Source: Octopus vulgaris (lineage: Eukaryota). From it: a stretch of DNA of 64,000 bases. The stretch covers positions 41,788,001 to 41,852,000 of the forward strand of contig OX597818.1 in NCBI GenBank assembly GCA_951406725.2, read 5' to 3'. The position numbers were made by a program, and so were the translations under genes. Under the pieces are notes generated by a model. It saw only the letters and a list, made by a program, of their open reading frames with translations, searched no databases and was not told where the DNA came from. This document shows positions 53,037-64,000 of the stretch, piece after piece; position 1 is the stretch's first letter, and every line of letters starts with the position of its first letter.

Positions 53037-53429
53037 TGTGTGTGAGTAAGCAGTAATAGCATTCATAAAATAAATTCTTTCAAATGCTCATTGTAAAGTA
53101 GTAGTAAGTCTCCTTGGACATAACTGTCTTGAGTCCTAAGATTCAAAGGACTGGTTATCTGATTTCCATGGCATATAAGTGACTGAGATCACAACATTCT
53201 CTCTGAATAGGATACTAGTCCATCAAAGTAATACTTATTTACTACAGGGTGTACTGGAGCATTGTGAAATGGAATGTTTTGCAGTCCATACTGTGTTTTA
53301 CTGCCATGTCTAGTCCAGGAATTGAAACCATGATACTGCAAGCATAAGTGCAACATCCTAACCACTAAGCCATGTGCTCATGGGGTACCCTAAAATTAAT
53401 TAATAGCTGCTGTTACCTAGATGACCTAA

Positions 53430-54170
53430 TAAATAATGGAGGGGTGTTTTGAAAGCATGGGAGCCACAGTAAGAACAGGGTTTGCAAAAATTCAGGATAC
53501 TGTTACTTCTGCTGACAACAAAGGGATTCTATTACTGATTGATGGGTAGATTTTGTACTGCTTGTGTATGAGGTGTAATGTCACATGGTAGTAAAACATG
53601 GGTAGTGAATACCAAAGATATGAAGGGTAGAAAGAGATGAAGCAAGTATACTACAGCATAAGGCGTGTATTACAGGCATGCATAAATTGAAGTAGTGAGC
53701 TGGCAGAATTGTTTGCTCATTGGATAAAATTCTTAGCAGCAGTTCTGGCTTTTTACATTCTGATTTCAAATTTCATGAAGGTTGATTTTTGCCTTTCATC
53801 TGTCTGGAGTTAATAAAATAAGTACCTCTTGATCATTGAAGTCAATGTAATCAACTGATGTCCACACACTAAAACTGTTGGCCTTGAACTAAAATTTGAA
53901 ACCATTAGTTGAGTGCATGAATGATGGCGTATAAAGAACCTGAAAGAAAAGCTGAGTATTAGAGAAATTTGATTTAGTATGTAAGAGAGTAAATGAAGGA
54001 TGGCAGTTGGGTAAAGAAATGTCAAGGAATCAGTAGTACAGGGAAAACAATAGATATGGAAAGAAGTGGTGGAATCTGACATCAGGAGGCTGAATCTCAT
54101 GAAGATGACAAAGGCCTGTCCAACCCATGCAAACATGAAACACCGTATGTAAAATGATGATAGTGATGAT
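53430..54170 (+). mobile_element. Degraded RTE LINE fragment interrupted by a SINE B at ~53690-53905
   Basis: RTE-like GGCFES..ATVRTG..KFRILL.LLTTK, later LKEKLSIREI, then the caacccatgcaaacatg...(gat)n tail. Confidence 0.6.
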
Positions 54171-56277
54171 GATTATCAAAATGGTGATGACAATGACAGT
54201 AACAGTGATGATGTGTGATGATAAATTTTATCTTTCAGTGTGCATACAATGATAAAGTTTATCTTTCAGTGTACACATGAAAAATTATTATACCGATAGG
54301 ATATGAACTTAGGAATATGACACATCAAATTAGATATTCTAATGTATCCAGTTGGCTCCTTATCATTCTCGTTATCCTTGTTGCACTACATAAATAATAA
54401 TCAGTCTTAAACACATAGAAAACTATATGTTCTGGGTTTGGTTTCATTTTAAATTACTGAAGAAGATATAGAGTATTCTATATTGTTATTTAATATTGTA
54501 TGAAAGATTACTAAAATGGGTAAAATGACAACAGATTTGTTAATTGTGAACATTAAAGATAGAAAGAAATGCATTTAAAAAATACCTACATAGAAAAAGA
54601 ATATACAGATATTTCCCATTTGTTCTTAATTACCATAGAAAAAAAAATTATTTCTCTTTGAGTACCAGTTGATGTTAATCTTCATTAGGAAATAATCATA
54701 TGAATAATGTATCATAATTTATTGGCTCTTTACCAAAATCTCTATGTAATCTCCCTTGAGGCAAACAATGAACTGTCAGTAACTTCTAATCAAAGTATTG
54801 GCTCTCTTTTTGCTTCGGGCAAATAAAATAAAATAAATGGAGCAAAAATGGGGGTGGGGGGAACACAAGCTAAAAGTAGTTTCCTTTTATTGAGTGCTCC
54901 AATAGCCGCTTTTAGTATTAAATCTCTGATTGTATCATTTAGTAGCTAGCTTATATTTTTGTTTCTATGTAGTGTAATAAATTAAAGAGTCAAAGCTTTC
55001 TTTTTTTCTTCTTATGATTTTACATTCATTTATTCATTCTGTGGATAGGAATACTTTTGCTGAGTTGAAGCAAATATTTCATATTACTAGCTACTCAAAT
55101 GTGAAGTAGAAATGTTTGGAATCTGGTAGATTGATGCAAGTAGAGCTCTGTGCTTTGCCCAGGGATATAAAATAACAGCTCTATTAAGCTTTTGAACTCC
55201 TACTTATGCAGTCAGTGGTTCTTCACCTTAAATTTACAGCCATTATTCTTTCATAGATTTCTGTGAATGAAAAGGTATATTGTATATGGTATTGAACTAC
55301 CCACTCATGTTCTACATTCTTTAGTGCAACTGGATGTTAGGAATAAGTAATAAACCATCTTTTATCTGACATAAAGCACCAGCGTTCTATCTTGTCAGTT
55401 ATAAACATAGATGACAAAACTAAAGAAAAAAAAAAGAAAGAAAGTTAAAAGCTGATTGGGGTTTAGAACACATTTAATGATTGGTATCTCTATTTAGAAC
55501 TTTCAAGTTGGTTCTTCATATGTTTTTATTTAAGAAACACCTATACAAATGTCACATAGGGACCCATATATGCTAAAAAAAAAACCCACCATGATTACAT
55601 TTCTGTCAACTATTCCTTTGGCTTCTTAAAAATTCTGTGGGATTAAATGAGTAGTAAATGTTCATAGGCACAAACTGAAATAGAAAGCAATAACGTTGTT
55701 CCTATGGACTGAATTTCACTCAAAACTGACTAGATCATCAGTATATTTATTGAAGAGACAACCAACCAAAAACCAATCAGCTGAACTGTAGTTTTTTTTA
55801 AAAATCTTTAAAGTATAAATGGACTTCTTCTTGATTAGATGAAATTATTGATACCTTTCAGTTTATATTTGGGCATTAAAACCTTTCCGAAAATAAAGTC
55901 TTATTTCCATCCAGAAAATATAACTTGAATGAAGGCTTGTGGAAGAAATGTAACCTGTGAATTCAAGGCCCACATTTCAGTGACTTTATTGTGCATCATT
56001 GGAGATTCACTGAAGTGAGGAGTTAGTTGAAATGAATCGGCACCAGATTGCATACCTTACAATAGTCAGAGTTCCAAATTCTGTTGATCTATATTTTTCA
56101 GCTTTTGTGTGATCAATATGATCTAAAGCGGTTGACTTAATCAATGACACTTCTTCTCCTGTAACAAAAATAGGCTTTATACCATTATAATAGTAATTCC
56201 AGTGTGTGTATGTGTATAATATAATATAATATAATTATATATATATTGTCAACAGTAAGTTTTTACATTTATATTAC

Positions 56278-56862
<585 letters not shown>

Positions 56863-57127
56863 TGATATAATGTATTAAAGGAACTTGTTAGATAAGGCTG
56901 GAACAATGTGAAATGAAATATAAAGTAAACTATAAAAAAAAAATAGAACAAAGTTGGAGTTTTACCTTATATTTCGGTATTTTGAGATTATGAGCCTTTC
57001 TTTCAGACATGTGGACAAATGATGTATGAAAAAAGGCCATTGCTCAGATGTGTGGGGAAGAGGGTAGCATGTTCACACTGATGTTGCTATAGTAACCAGT
57101 ATGTTTGGTGTAGCTCTTTCCAGTTTC

Positions 57128-57160
<33 letters not shown>

Positions 57161-57164
57161 GATT

Positions 57165-57376
57165 GGTGGTAAGCTGGCAGAATTGTTAGTGTGCCGGACA
57201 AAATGCTTAGCAGTATTTCATCCGGCGCTACATTCTAAGTTCAAATTCCGCCGAGGTCAACTTTACCTTTCATCCTTTTGGGGTTGATAGATTGAGTACC
57301 AGTTGCATTCTGGGGTCAATCTAATCGACTGGCCCCCTCCCACGAAATTTCAGGCCTTGTGATTATTGTAGAAAGA

Positions 57377-57378
<2 letters not shown>
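57165..57378 (+). mobile_element. SINE family B with alternative tail
   Basis: Family B head and core, then gactggccccctcccacgaaatttcaggccttgtg instead of the gtctgtccttgtttgtcccc tail. Confidence 0.8.
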
Positions 57379-57416
<38 letters not shown>

Positions 57417-57421
<5 letters not shown>

Positions 57422-57620
57422 ATCCAAACAAGAAAATACAAAAAACACAACAACGCGAGGACGTGGAACAAATATAGTATTATTGGACGCTCAGGAAAGA
57501 AGGAAAGAAGGAGGGTTTAACATTTTGAGCAGAGCTCTTCGTCGGAAACATAGGAGAAGGAAAGATCCAGAGAAGGGAAGACAGAGGAAAAAAATCGCCA
57601 ACGGTACACATGAGGTCACA
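57417..57620 (-). mobile_element. Penelope-like terminal fragment with decayed minimal hammerhead
   Basis: Minus strand gttt-CCGACGA-agagc-tct-gctc-AAAA-tgt-TA-aac at 57549-57515, in the layout of PLE minimal hammerheads but with core substitutions. Confidence 0.5.
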
Positions 57621-57714
57621 ATGATTGTGTGTAATATTTCATAAGATCTGATAATTTGTATACTTCATTTTATCAATAACTTAAGTATTATTTTCAATTT
57701 TCTCAATTCTTCAA

Positions 57715-58004
57715 CCCCTTTGTACCATATTTCTGTTGAAATACCCTGCCTTTATTATAATTAATTCTGAAAAAAAAATGAAGAATTTTTGCAAAATAAC
57801 TTTGTCATTTTTAAGCTATTTTTTGGAACATACATTTTTTTGGAACATTAACATAGAATTTTTTGGAACATTAACATAGATTGTTTTGATAGATAGACTT
57901 TAATTTTTAGTTTTGATAGATAGACTTTAATTTGGAACACTTTAAAACAAGGAGTTTGTATCAGAGAATCAAGGTTAGGCTTAGGCAGATTGGTATCAAA
58001 AGGG
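57715..58004. mobile_element. piggyBac-type MITE related to the 8253-9319 element
   Basis: Left end cccctttgtaccatatttctg resembles ccctttcgttactatatttctg; right end ttggtatcaaaaggg resembles ttggtaacgaaaggg; TSDs are decayed. Confidence 0.65.
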
Positions 58005-58209
58005 TAAATATGTGTGTTGTGTCTGTGTTCTTACTATATATTCATGCATGATTTGTCTCATATATGTAGTTGTATATATGTTTTATGAGTATCTGGTGAC
58101 TCCCATAACCATTGAATGGTTGGTTCACCACTTGAAACATTTGCATTCAAACAGTACAATACCTGTTTTGAACCTATTCCAAGCAAGTGGAATTAAAGTT
58201 TTCACAGAG

Positions 58210-58495
58210 ACTGGCACTCTGTTGGTTATGATGATGAGTGTTCAGCTCATGAAATTAATGTGCAAGCAGCTGAGCACTCCACAGACATGTGTACTCTTAA
58301 AATAGTTCTCAGGGAAATTCAGTATGACACAGAACGTGACAAGGCTGACCCTTTGAAATATAGGTACTACTCATTTTTACCAGCTGAGTGGACTGGAGCA
58401 ACATGAAATAAAGTATCTTGTCACCAGGAATCAAACTCACATCCATACAACCATGAGCTGAATACCATAACCATTAAACCATGTGCCTTCACAAC
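58210..58495 (-). mobile_element. tRNA-derived SINE family D (CORE-like central region)
   Basis: Minus head gtgaaggcacatggtttaatggttatggtattcagctc, then ...ttcatgttgctccagtccactcagct. Related pieces at ~52170-52360 and ~53140-53380. Confidence 0.65.
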
Positions 58496-59164
58496 AATTG
58501 GAAACTTGTTAATTTTACTGTGTTCCTTTTCATTACAGTGGTAACCTGTAATACTCAGAGGTACCCACTTTCACTTAAACAGACTTGGTTATAAATTAGA
58601 ATTAAGTGTTTTACCACAAATATAACACTGTGCTGGTATCAGAATTTGAAAAGCCTATGTTTTGAGTTGCTAGTCACTTTATTGAATTTTACTGTCTAAT
58701 TCTCATATGTATAAATATCTGTGTATGTGTGTGAACATTAGATTTTCATAGCAGTGTAGCCACTCTGTCTGCATATATTAACAAATATCTTTTGATGCCC
58801 GACTGCATTCTTAATTTATTTGCACCCGATCTATCTCTTAAGTTAACAATATATATATCTGATGAATCATATCTAATTTATATCAAGTTTCCATGTTCCA
58901 CTACTATATTGCACCACAGTTTTTAAATTTGTCATTGTAGTCTTCTTGTCAAATAGAAAGAAGCTGTATACCCAAATAATTCTTTCAAATTTTTTGGCAA
59001 AATGCCAGAAATTTCAAGAGGGGTTTAGTCATTTGAATCAACACCACTTCTTGATTGATACTTTATTTTATCAACCTTGAAAGAATGGAAGGTAAAGTTG
59101 ACCTCAGTAGGATTTGAACTCAGATTTAATTGTTTCCTAATCATGGAAAATAAATAGTGGTGAA

Positions 59165-59635
59165 GCATGATCTTTGTTGGGCCTCACAGAGGTGATGACA
59201 AGTGACTGAGACTTTTGGCGATATGCTGTGCTTGAGAAGACCTGTCGAGCCAAGTGAAATTATAGTTGTGACCATTGCCAGTGTCATGTAGATGGTACTC
59301 GTGAAATAGTAATTGTGACTGTTGCCAGTAGCATGACCTTCGAATGTTGGGCCTCATTGAGGCGATGACAAGTGACTGAGACCTTTGACAGTATGCTGTG
59401 CTTGAGAAGACTCATCAAACCAAGTGAAATCATAGTCATGACCATTGCCAGTGGCACGTAAATTACACCCATTATGCTCTTGGAGTGGTTGGCATTAGGA
59501 AGGGCATCCATCAATAGAAACCATGCCAAATCAGACTGGAACCTCTGGCTTACCAGTTCCAGTCAAACCATCTAACCCATGCCAGCATGGAAAGTGGATG
59601 TTAAATGACAATGATGATTATGATGATGATGATAT
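59165..59635 (+). mobile_element. RTE 3' end with internal ~170-bp tandem duplication
   Basis: tgttgggcctca...tgacaagtgactgagac...tgctgtgcttgagaagac occurs at ~59175 and ~59345, followed by the standard terminus and (gat)n. Confidence 0.8.
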
Positions 59636-59764
59636 GATCAAACGAAATGAAGTCTGTTGAAATGCCCATTTTGCAAGTAAGAAATAATATAACCATTAGT
59701 GTTAGAAGATGAATCAGTTGCAAGTAATTGAAGCATAAACTAATGTTGTGACGATGAATCTTTA

Positions 59765-60156
59765 GTCTTTTATCTTATTCTTGTTTCACTCATTGGACTG
59801 TGGCCATACTGGGGCACTGTCATGAAGGGTTTTAGTTTAGGAATCAATCCCAGTATTTAGTTTTTTTTTAAAGCCTGGTACTTATTCTACTGGTCCTTTG
59901 CCAAAGCACTAAGTTGCAGGGACATAAACAAACCAACACCAGTTATCTCTCTCTCTCTCTCTCACACACAGATATACATATATACACACACAACAAGCTT
60001 CTTTCAGTATCTGTCTACTAAACCCAATCACAAGGCTTTGGTTGGCCTGGGGCTGGCTATCATCGAAGACACTTTTCCAAGATGCCCCATAGTGAGACTG
60101 AACCTGGAGCCATGTAGTTGGGAAGCAATCTTCTTCTTACCACACAGCCATGCCTA
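59765..60156 (-). mobile_element. SINE family A, degraded
   Basis: Reverse complement of the family A tail and head. Confidence 0.78.
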
Positions 60157-60721
60157 CACTTAAGAAAGAAAAAAAAAATCAATAAATTGTTGTATGCAAC
60201 TGAGGAAATAGATAAATGTTCTTTTTTTTTATGAATAAGCTGGAAGAAAAGGTGGGAAAATTCTTTGATTCTTTCATAGTTTATTTTTTCTATAATTTCC
60301 TTTTGCTTTTTGTCCCTCAACATCTCCTTCTGCACTAAGATGTTTCTCTAAGGTAAATCAACTATTATGAACCACATCTAATCTGTTCTCTTCAACAACT
60401 ACTTATTCTTATCACTTGTGTTGTTATTATTCTCACAGTTGTGCTAATAACCAGCAGGTGTCCTCCTTATCTCTTTTTCCTTTCTCATCCTTCTTTATCT
60501 TGATGCACTTCAACGAAACTTGTTTCTCTTTCCTTTTGTCTCAGTGTGTGTGTGAGAGAGAGAGAGAGAGCGAGAGAGAAAGAGAGACAGAGAGATATTG
60601 CTAATATAAACATATATCAGTGTCACTGTATGTACACACAGACACACACACACACGAATATACATGTATATATATACACACAAACACTCTTACGTGTGTG
60701 TATATATATATATATATATAG

Positions 60722-61015
60722 ATGTGTGTGTGTATATAATATATATGTGAATATATATGTATGTATACATTCATATATGTAAGTATTCGTATGTTTTATT
60801 TATATATATATGTATATATAAATGTGTGTGTGTATATAATATATATGTGAATATATATGTATGTATACATTCATATATGTAAGTATTCGTATGTTTTATT
60901 TATATATATATGTATATATAAATGTGTGTGTGTATATAATATATATGTCCATATATATGTATACGTTCGTATATGTAAGTATTTGTATGTTGTATTTATA
61001 TATATATGTATTTAT
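60722..61015 (+). repeat. 100-bp tandem repeat: two identical units plus one diverged
   Basis: 60722-60821 equals 60822-60921; a third unit from 60922 has diverged. Confidence 0.9.
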
Positions 61016-61031
61016 GTTTCTCTCTATGTAT

Positions 61032-61090
61032 ATTCCACTGATGAGGCAAAGCATTCCTAAATGCAAAGTCAGAAATCCAGGATCTGGAAT
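61032..61090 (+). ncRNA. Type I hammerhead ribozyme-like motif
   Basis: ATTCCA-CTGATGA-GGC aaa GCATT ccta AATGC aaa GTC-a-GAAA-TCC a GGA-TC-TGGAAT: 6-bp stem I, intact CUGANGA and GAAA boxes, AUC cleavage triplet. Confidence 0.62.
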
Positions 61091-61324
61091 TATCCAGTAA
61101 TTTTTTATTAGTTTCATTTTGTCTTTTTGTCTTCTCTCCATGTGCTATATGAACACTTAAGGTGGTTTTAGAGTCAGTTCATGGCTGCTATTTTCAGCAT
61201 GGCAGTATCTTGTAGATACCCTAAGTTATAATTTTAATAATAATTATTACCTTGAAAGGTTATTATTTCCATGCTAGCCACTTGATAAGATCATTATTTT
61301 ATTTTAAATTAACGATCTTATCCT

Positions 61325-61375
<51 letters not shown>

Positions 61376-61380
61376 GGAGA

Positions 61381-61815
61381 GAGTGAAAGGTAGACTATAT
61401 GATGCTTGTGTGTGAATGGCTGTACTCCATGGTAGTGAGACATAGCACTGAATGCAGAAGACATGCATAGAATGGAGAGAAATGAATGTAGTATGCTCTG
61501 TTGGATGTGCAACATCAATGTGCATGTACAACAAAGTGCAAATGTAGTGAGAGAAAAGTTGGGCACAAGAGAAATCAACTGCAGCATGCAAGAGAGAAGA
61601 CTACATTGGTTTGGACATGTGATGCATATGAATGAGGATAGCAGCATAAAGAAGTGCTGATCAGTGAAAGTAGATAGTACTCGAAGAAGAGGGAGACCCC
61701 GAAAGGCATAGAATGAAGTGGTAAGGACCGATCTCAGGATGTTGGGCCTCATGGAGGAAATGACAATGGACCGAGATGTCTGGTGATATAAAATTCTTGA
61801 GGAGACCCACCCATG
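61381..61815 (+). mobile_element. Degraded RTE LINE C-terminal fragment
   Basis: RVKGRLYDACV, MERNECSMLCWMCN...REKLG...ERRLHWFGHVMHM, RRRGRPRKA; same family as 5957-7400. Confidence 0.88.
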
Positions 61816-61963
61816 TCAATGAAACTGAATTCTAGAAGTGCTGTGTCCCACCCACATCTAATAAGAAAGTGTCTCACACATTCTAACACAACAAACCAAA
61901 TTACTTCTCTTCTCGTCCTCACGTTTCCACTTGATGCATTAGGCTTACCTCCCACTCTCCAAT

Positions 61964-62021
<58 letters not shown>

Positions 62022-62023
<2 letters not shown>

Positions 62024-62326
62024 AAGGTGAGTCAAAAAGTAATGCCATTTTGTTTAGGACAAGTATAATTACCAACACAGGAACATGTATCATACATCAA
62101 AATGAAGCTGGTCCTCTGTGGATCACATCCCTACTTCTCAACATAGTCACCATTTCTCTTAATAGCAATGTTCTACCTTCGAATGAGAGCATGTATCCCT
62201 GCCCTGTAAAATTCTATTGACTGTTCTTTGATCCGCTTCTTCGCTACAGTTTTCACTTCCTTGTCACTGGACTATCATCTCTTCGGCCCCATGGAAGAGG
62301 CTTTGAGAAGCAAACATTATTCCAGT
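62022..62326 (-). mobile_element. Mariner 3' end: TIR plus transposase C-terminus with a small internal inversion
   Basis: Minus strand reads SSDKEVKTVAKKRIKEQSIEFYRAGIHALIRR*NIAIKRNGDYVEK*; plus strand 62270-62326 reads DYHLFGPMEEALRSKHYSS; TIR-like caaaggtgagtcaaaaagtaatgcc at 62022. Confidence 0.85.
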
Positions 62327-62338
62327 TTGAAATATGTG

Positions 62339-62359
<21 letters not shown>

Positions 62360-62370
<11 letters not shown>

Positions 62371-62800
62371 CGTATCTTTGTGACTGTATTTGTACCCCCA
62401 TCACCACTTGACAACCAGTATTGGTGTGTTTACATCCTCATAACTTAGTGGTTTGACAAAAGAGCCTGATAGAAGAAGTACTAGGCCTAGAAAATAAGTC
62501 CTGAGGGTCAATTTTTGTTCAACTAAAACCCTTCAAGGTGGTGCTCCAACATGGCTGCAGTCAAAGGACTGAAAGAATAAAAGAATAAAGAATGTGTGTG
62601 TATATATATATATATATATAATAATTTCTTAAGTAATCAGAAGAATGGGCTTCTTTCAGTTTCTGTCTCCCAAATCCACTCACAGGGCTTTGGTTGGTCT
62701 GAGGGTACAGTAGAAGACACTGGCCCAAGGAGCCACACAGTGGGACTGAACCCCGAAACCATGTGGTTTGGAAGCAAGCTTCTTACTACACAGCCACAAC
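62360..62800. mobile_element. SINE family A tail (+, ~62360-62590) and head (-, ~62645-62800) fragments
   Basis: Matches to the family A consensus seen at 43372. Confidence 0.75.
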
Positions 62801-63155
62801 TGTGCCTGCATATGCATATACAGATATGTATGTATGTATGTACATATAGATGGGTGGATGGATGGATGAGTGTGTATATGTTTGTGTGTCCTTGTCTTGA
62901 CGTTGCATGATTGTTGTAAAATGATTGTCACTGTCATACAAGCAGTGTCATTTTTTTTTTCAATGTTCTGCAAGAACATGTCTGGTCATGTGCAAATATC
63001 ATCTTGCTTGGAAACAGGTGAGAGTAGAAAATCTGCTTCAGTACTGTCCATCCAAACCATGCATGTACAGAAAACTGAACATTAAAAATTAAAATGATTA
63101 TGATGATGACGTTGATGTAGCTATACACATATGTGTGTTTGTATATGTGTTTGAA

Positions 63156-63207
<52 letters not shown>

Positions 63208-63544
63208 ATAAGTGTAGGTGGCATATGAGTGGGTATATATTTATAAAAAAGAAGTTTGAAAACACCGCTATATAAGATAAATTTTAATTTTCTTGGAGAT
63301 TTTACATGTTTCGGTTCTCCTTGAAAAATGAACCTTATCAAAAATATTTTTAAAAGTGTAATAAAAAGTTCATAATTGTTTCTTACTAGTCTCAACAGAG
63401 TTCATGTGGGGGTGCTTTGTGTGTGTGTGTGTGTGGGGGGAAAGCATAATGGCTGTCTTGTGCGTTGACTAGATTCGTTGGCTGTAATTGTGGAAATGAC
63501 CAGTGGCTGAAATACATACATATATATATATATGTATTATGTAA

Positions 63545-63695
63545 AAAGCACTAAGTCCACTCTGCTGAGTGGTTGGTGTGAGGAAGGGTATCCAGCTGTA
63601 AAAATCATGCCAAAACAGTCACAGGCTTCTGCCTGGCCGGCTCTTGTGGAACCATCCCATCCATGCTAGCATGGAAAGCAGACGTTAAATGGTGA
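63545..63695 (+). mobile_element. Short RTE-type 3' end
   Basis: gagtggttggtgtgaggaagggtatccagctgta...catgctagcatggaaagcagacgttaaa. Confidence 0.75.
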
Positions 63696-63707
63696 TATAT
63701 ATATATT

Positions 63708-63749
<42 letters not shown>

Positions 63750-64000
63750 TATGTATATAACATAAACCCACACACACGTGTGTGTGTGTGTGTGTGTAGA
63801 TAAGAATATTTATTTAGTTATTTACTTCTATATTTCAGGATATAAATTGTTGCTAGTTTGTAGTGTCTTTGTTAGCAGCTGTGGTATTTCTGTATGCTTT
63901 ATGTTTATTGCTTAATAATTTGAAAAGCAGCATTGCATTATGTAACAGAATATTTTCCTTTCTATACTTATCATGTGAAGAAAGATCACAGCTGGTTATA

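Noticed and set aside
55257-55274. Candidate 18-nt microexon (ctttcatag|ATTTCTGTGAATGAAAAG|gtatat)
   Set aside because: The donor is weak, it gives a stop in the phase set by the 11691 donor, and such matches are expected by chance in AT-rich DNA.
63820-64000. Strong acceptor tttacttctatatttcAG at 63838
   Set aside because: All three frames hit stops within ~80 nt and there is no recognisable protein. It could be a UTR exon but cannot be supported without RNA data.

Overview
AT-rich, microsatellite- and retroposon-dense animal genomic DNA. The SINE/RTE repertoire resembles an octopod cephalopod (Octopus-like), which is an inference from remembered repeat families, not a database match. The only gene I can identify is RRP7A (ribosomal RNA-processing protein 7A) on the minus strand: coding exons 1-3 lie at 11527-11497, 10109-9970 and 4451-4326, with canonical GT-AG sites and consistent phases, and later exons are not found in the window. 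RRP7A appears to share a compact bidirectional promoter (ETS and YY1 motifs, CpG-retaining zone) with a probable first exon of an unidentified plus-strand gene (11588-11691). The remaining ~52 kb looks like intronic or intergenic DNA filled with tRNA-derived SINEs, RTE and CR1/L2 LINE remnants, Penelope-like remnants, three non-autonomous Helitrons, piggyBac-type MITEs and mariner remnants; an internally deleted piggyBac sits in RRP7A intron 2. Nearly all ORFs in the supplied track are repeat artefacts. I see no CRISPR array or multi-gene novel system. The best leads are RNA-structural: a near-canonical hammerhead ribozyme motif (61032-61090), an inverted RTE composite that would form a long dsRNA (38865-39428), two pre-miRNA/MITE-like fold-backs (19702-19758, 36344-36449) and tandem double-hairpin units in an RTE 3' end. 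Coordinates were counted by eye, and repeat boundaries without a TSD or TIR are approximate.
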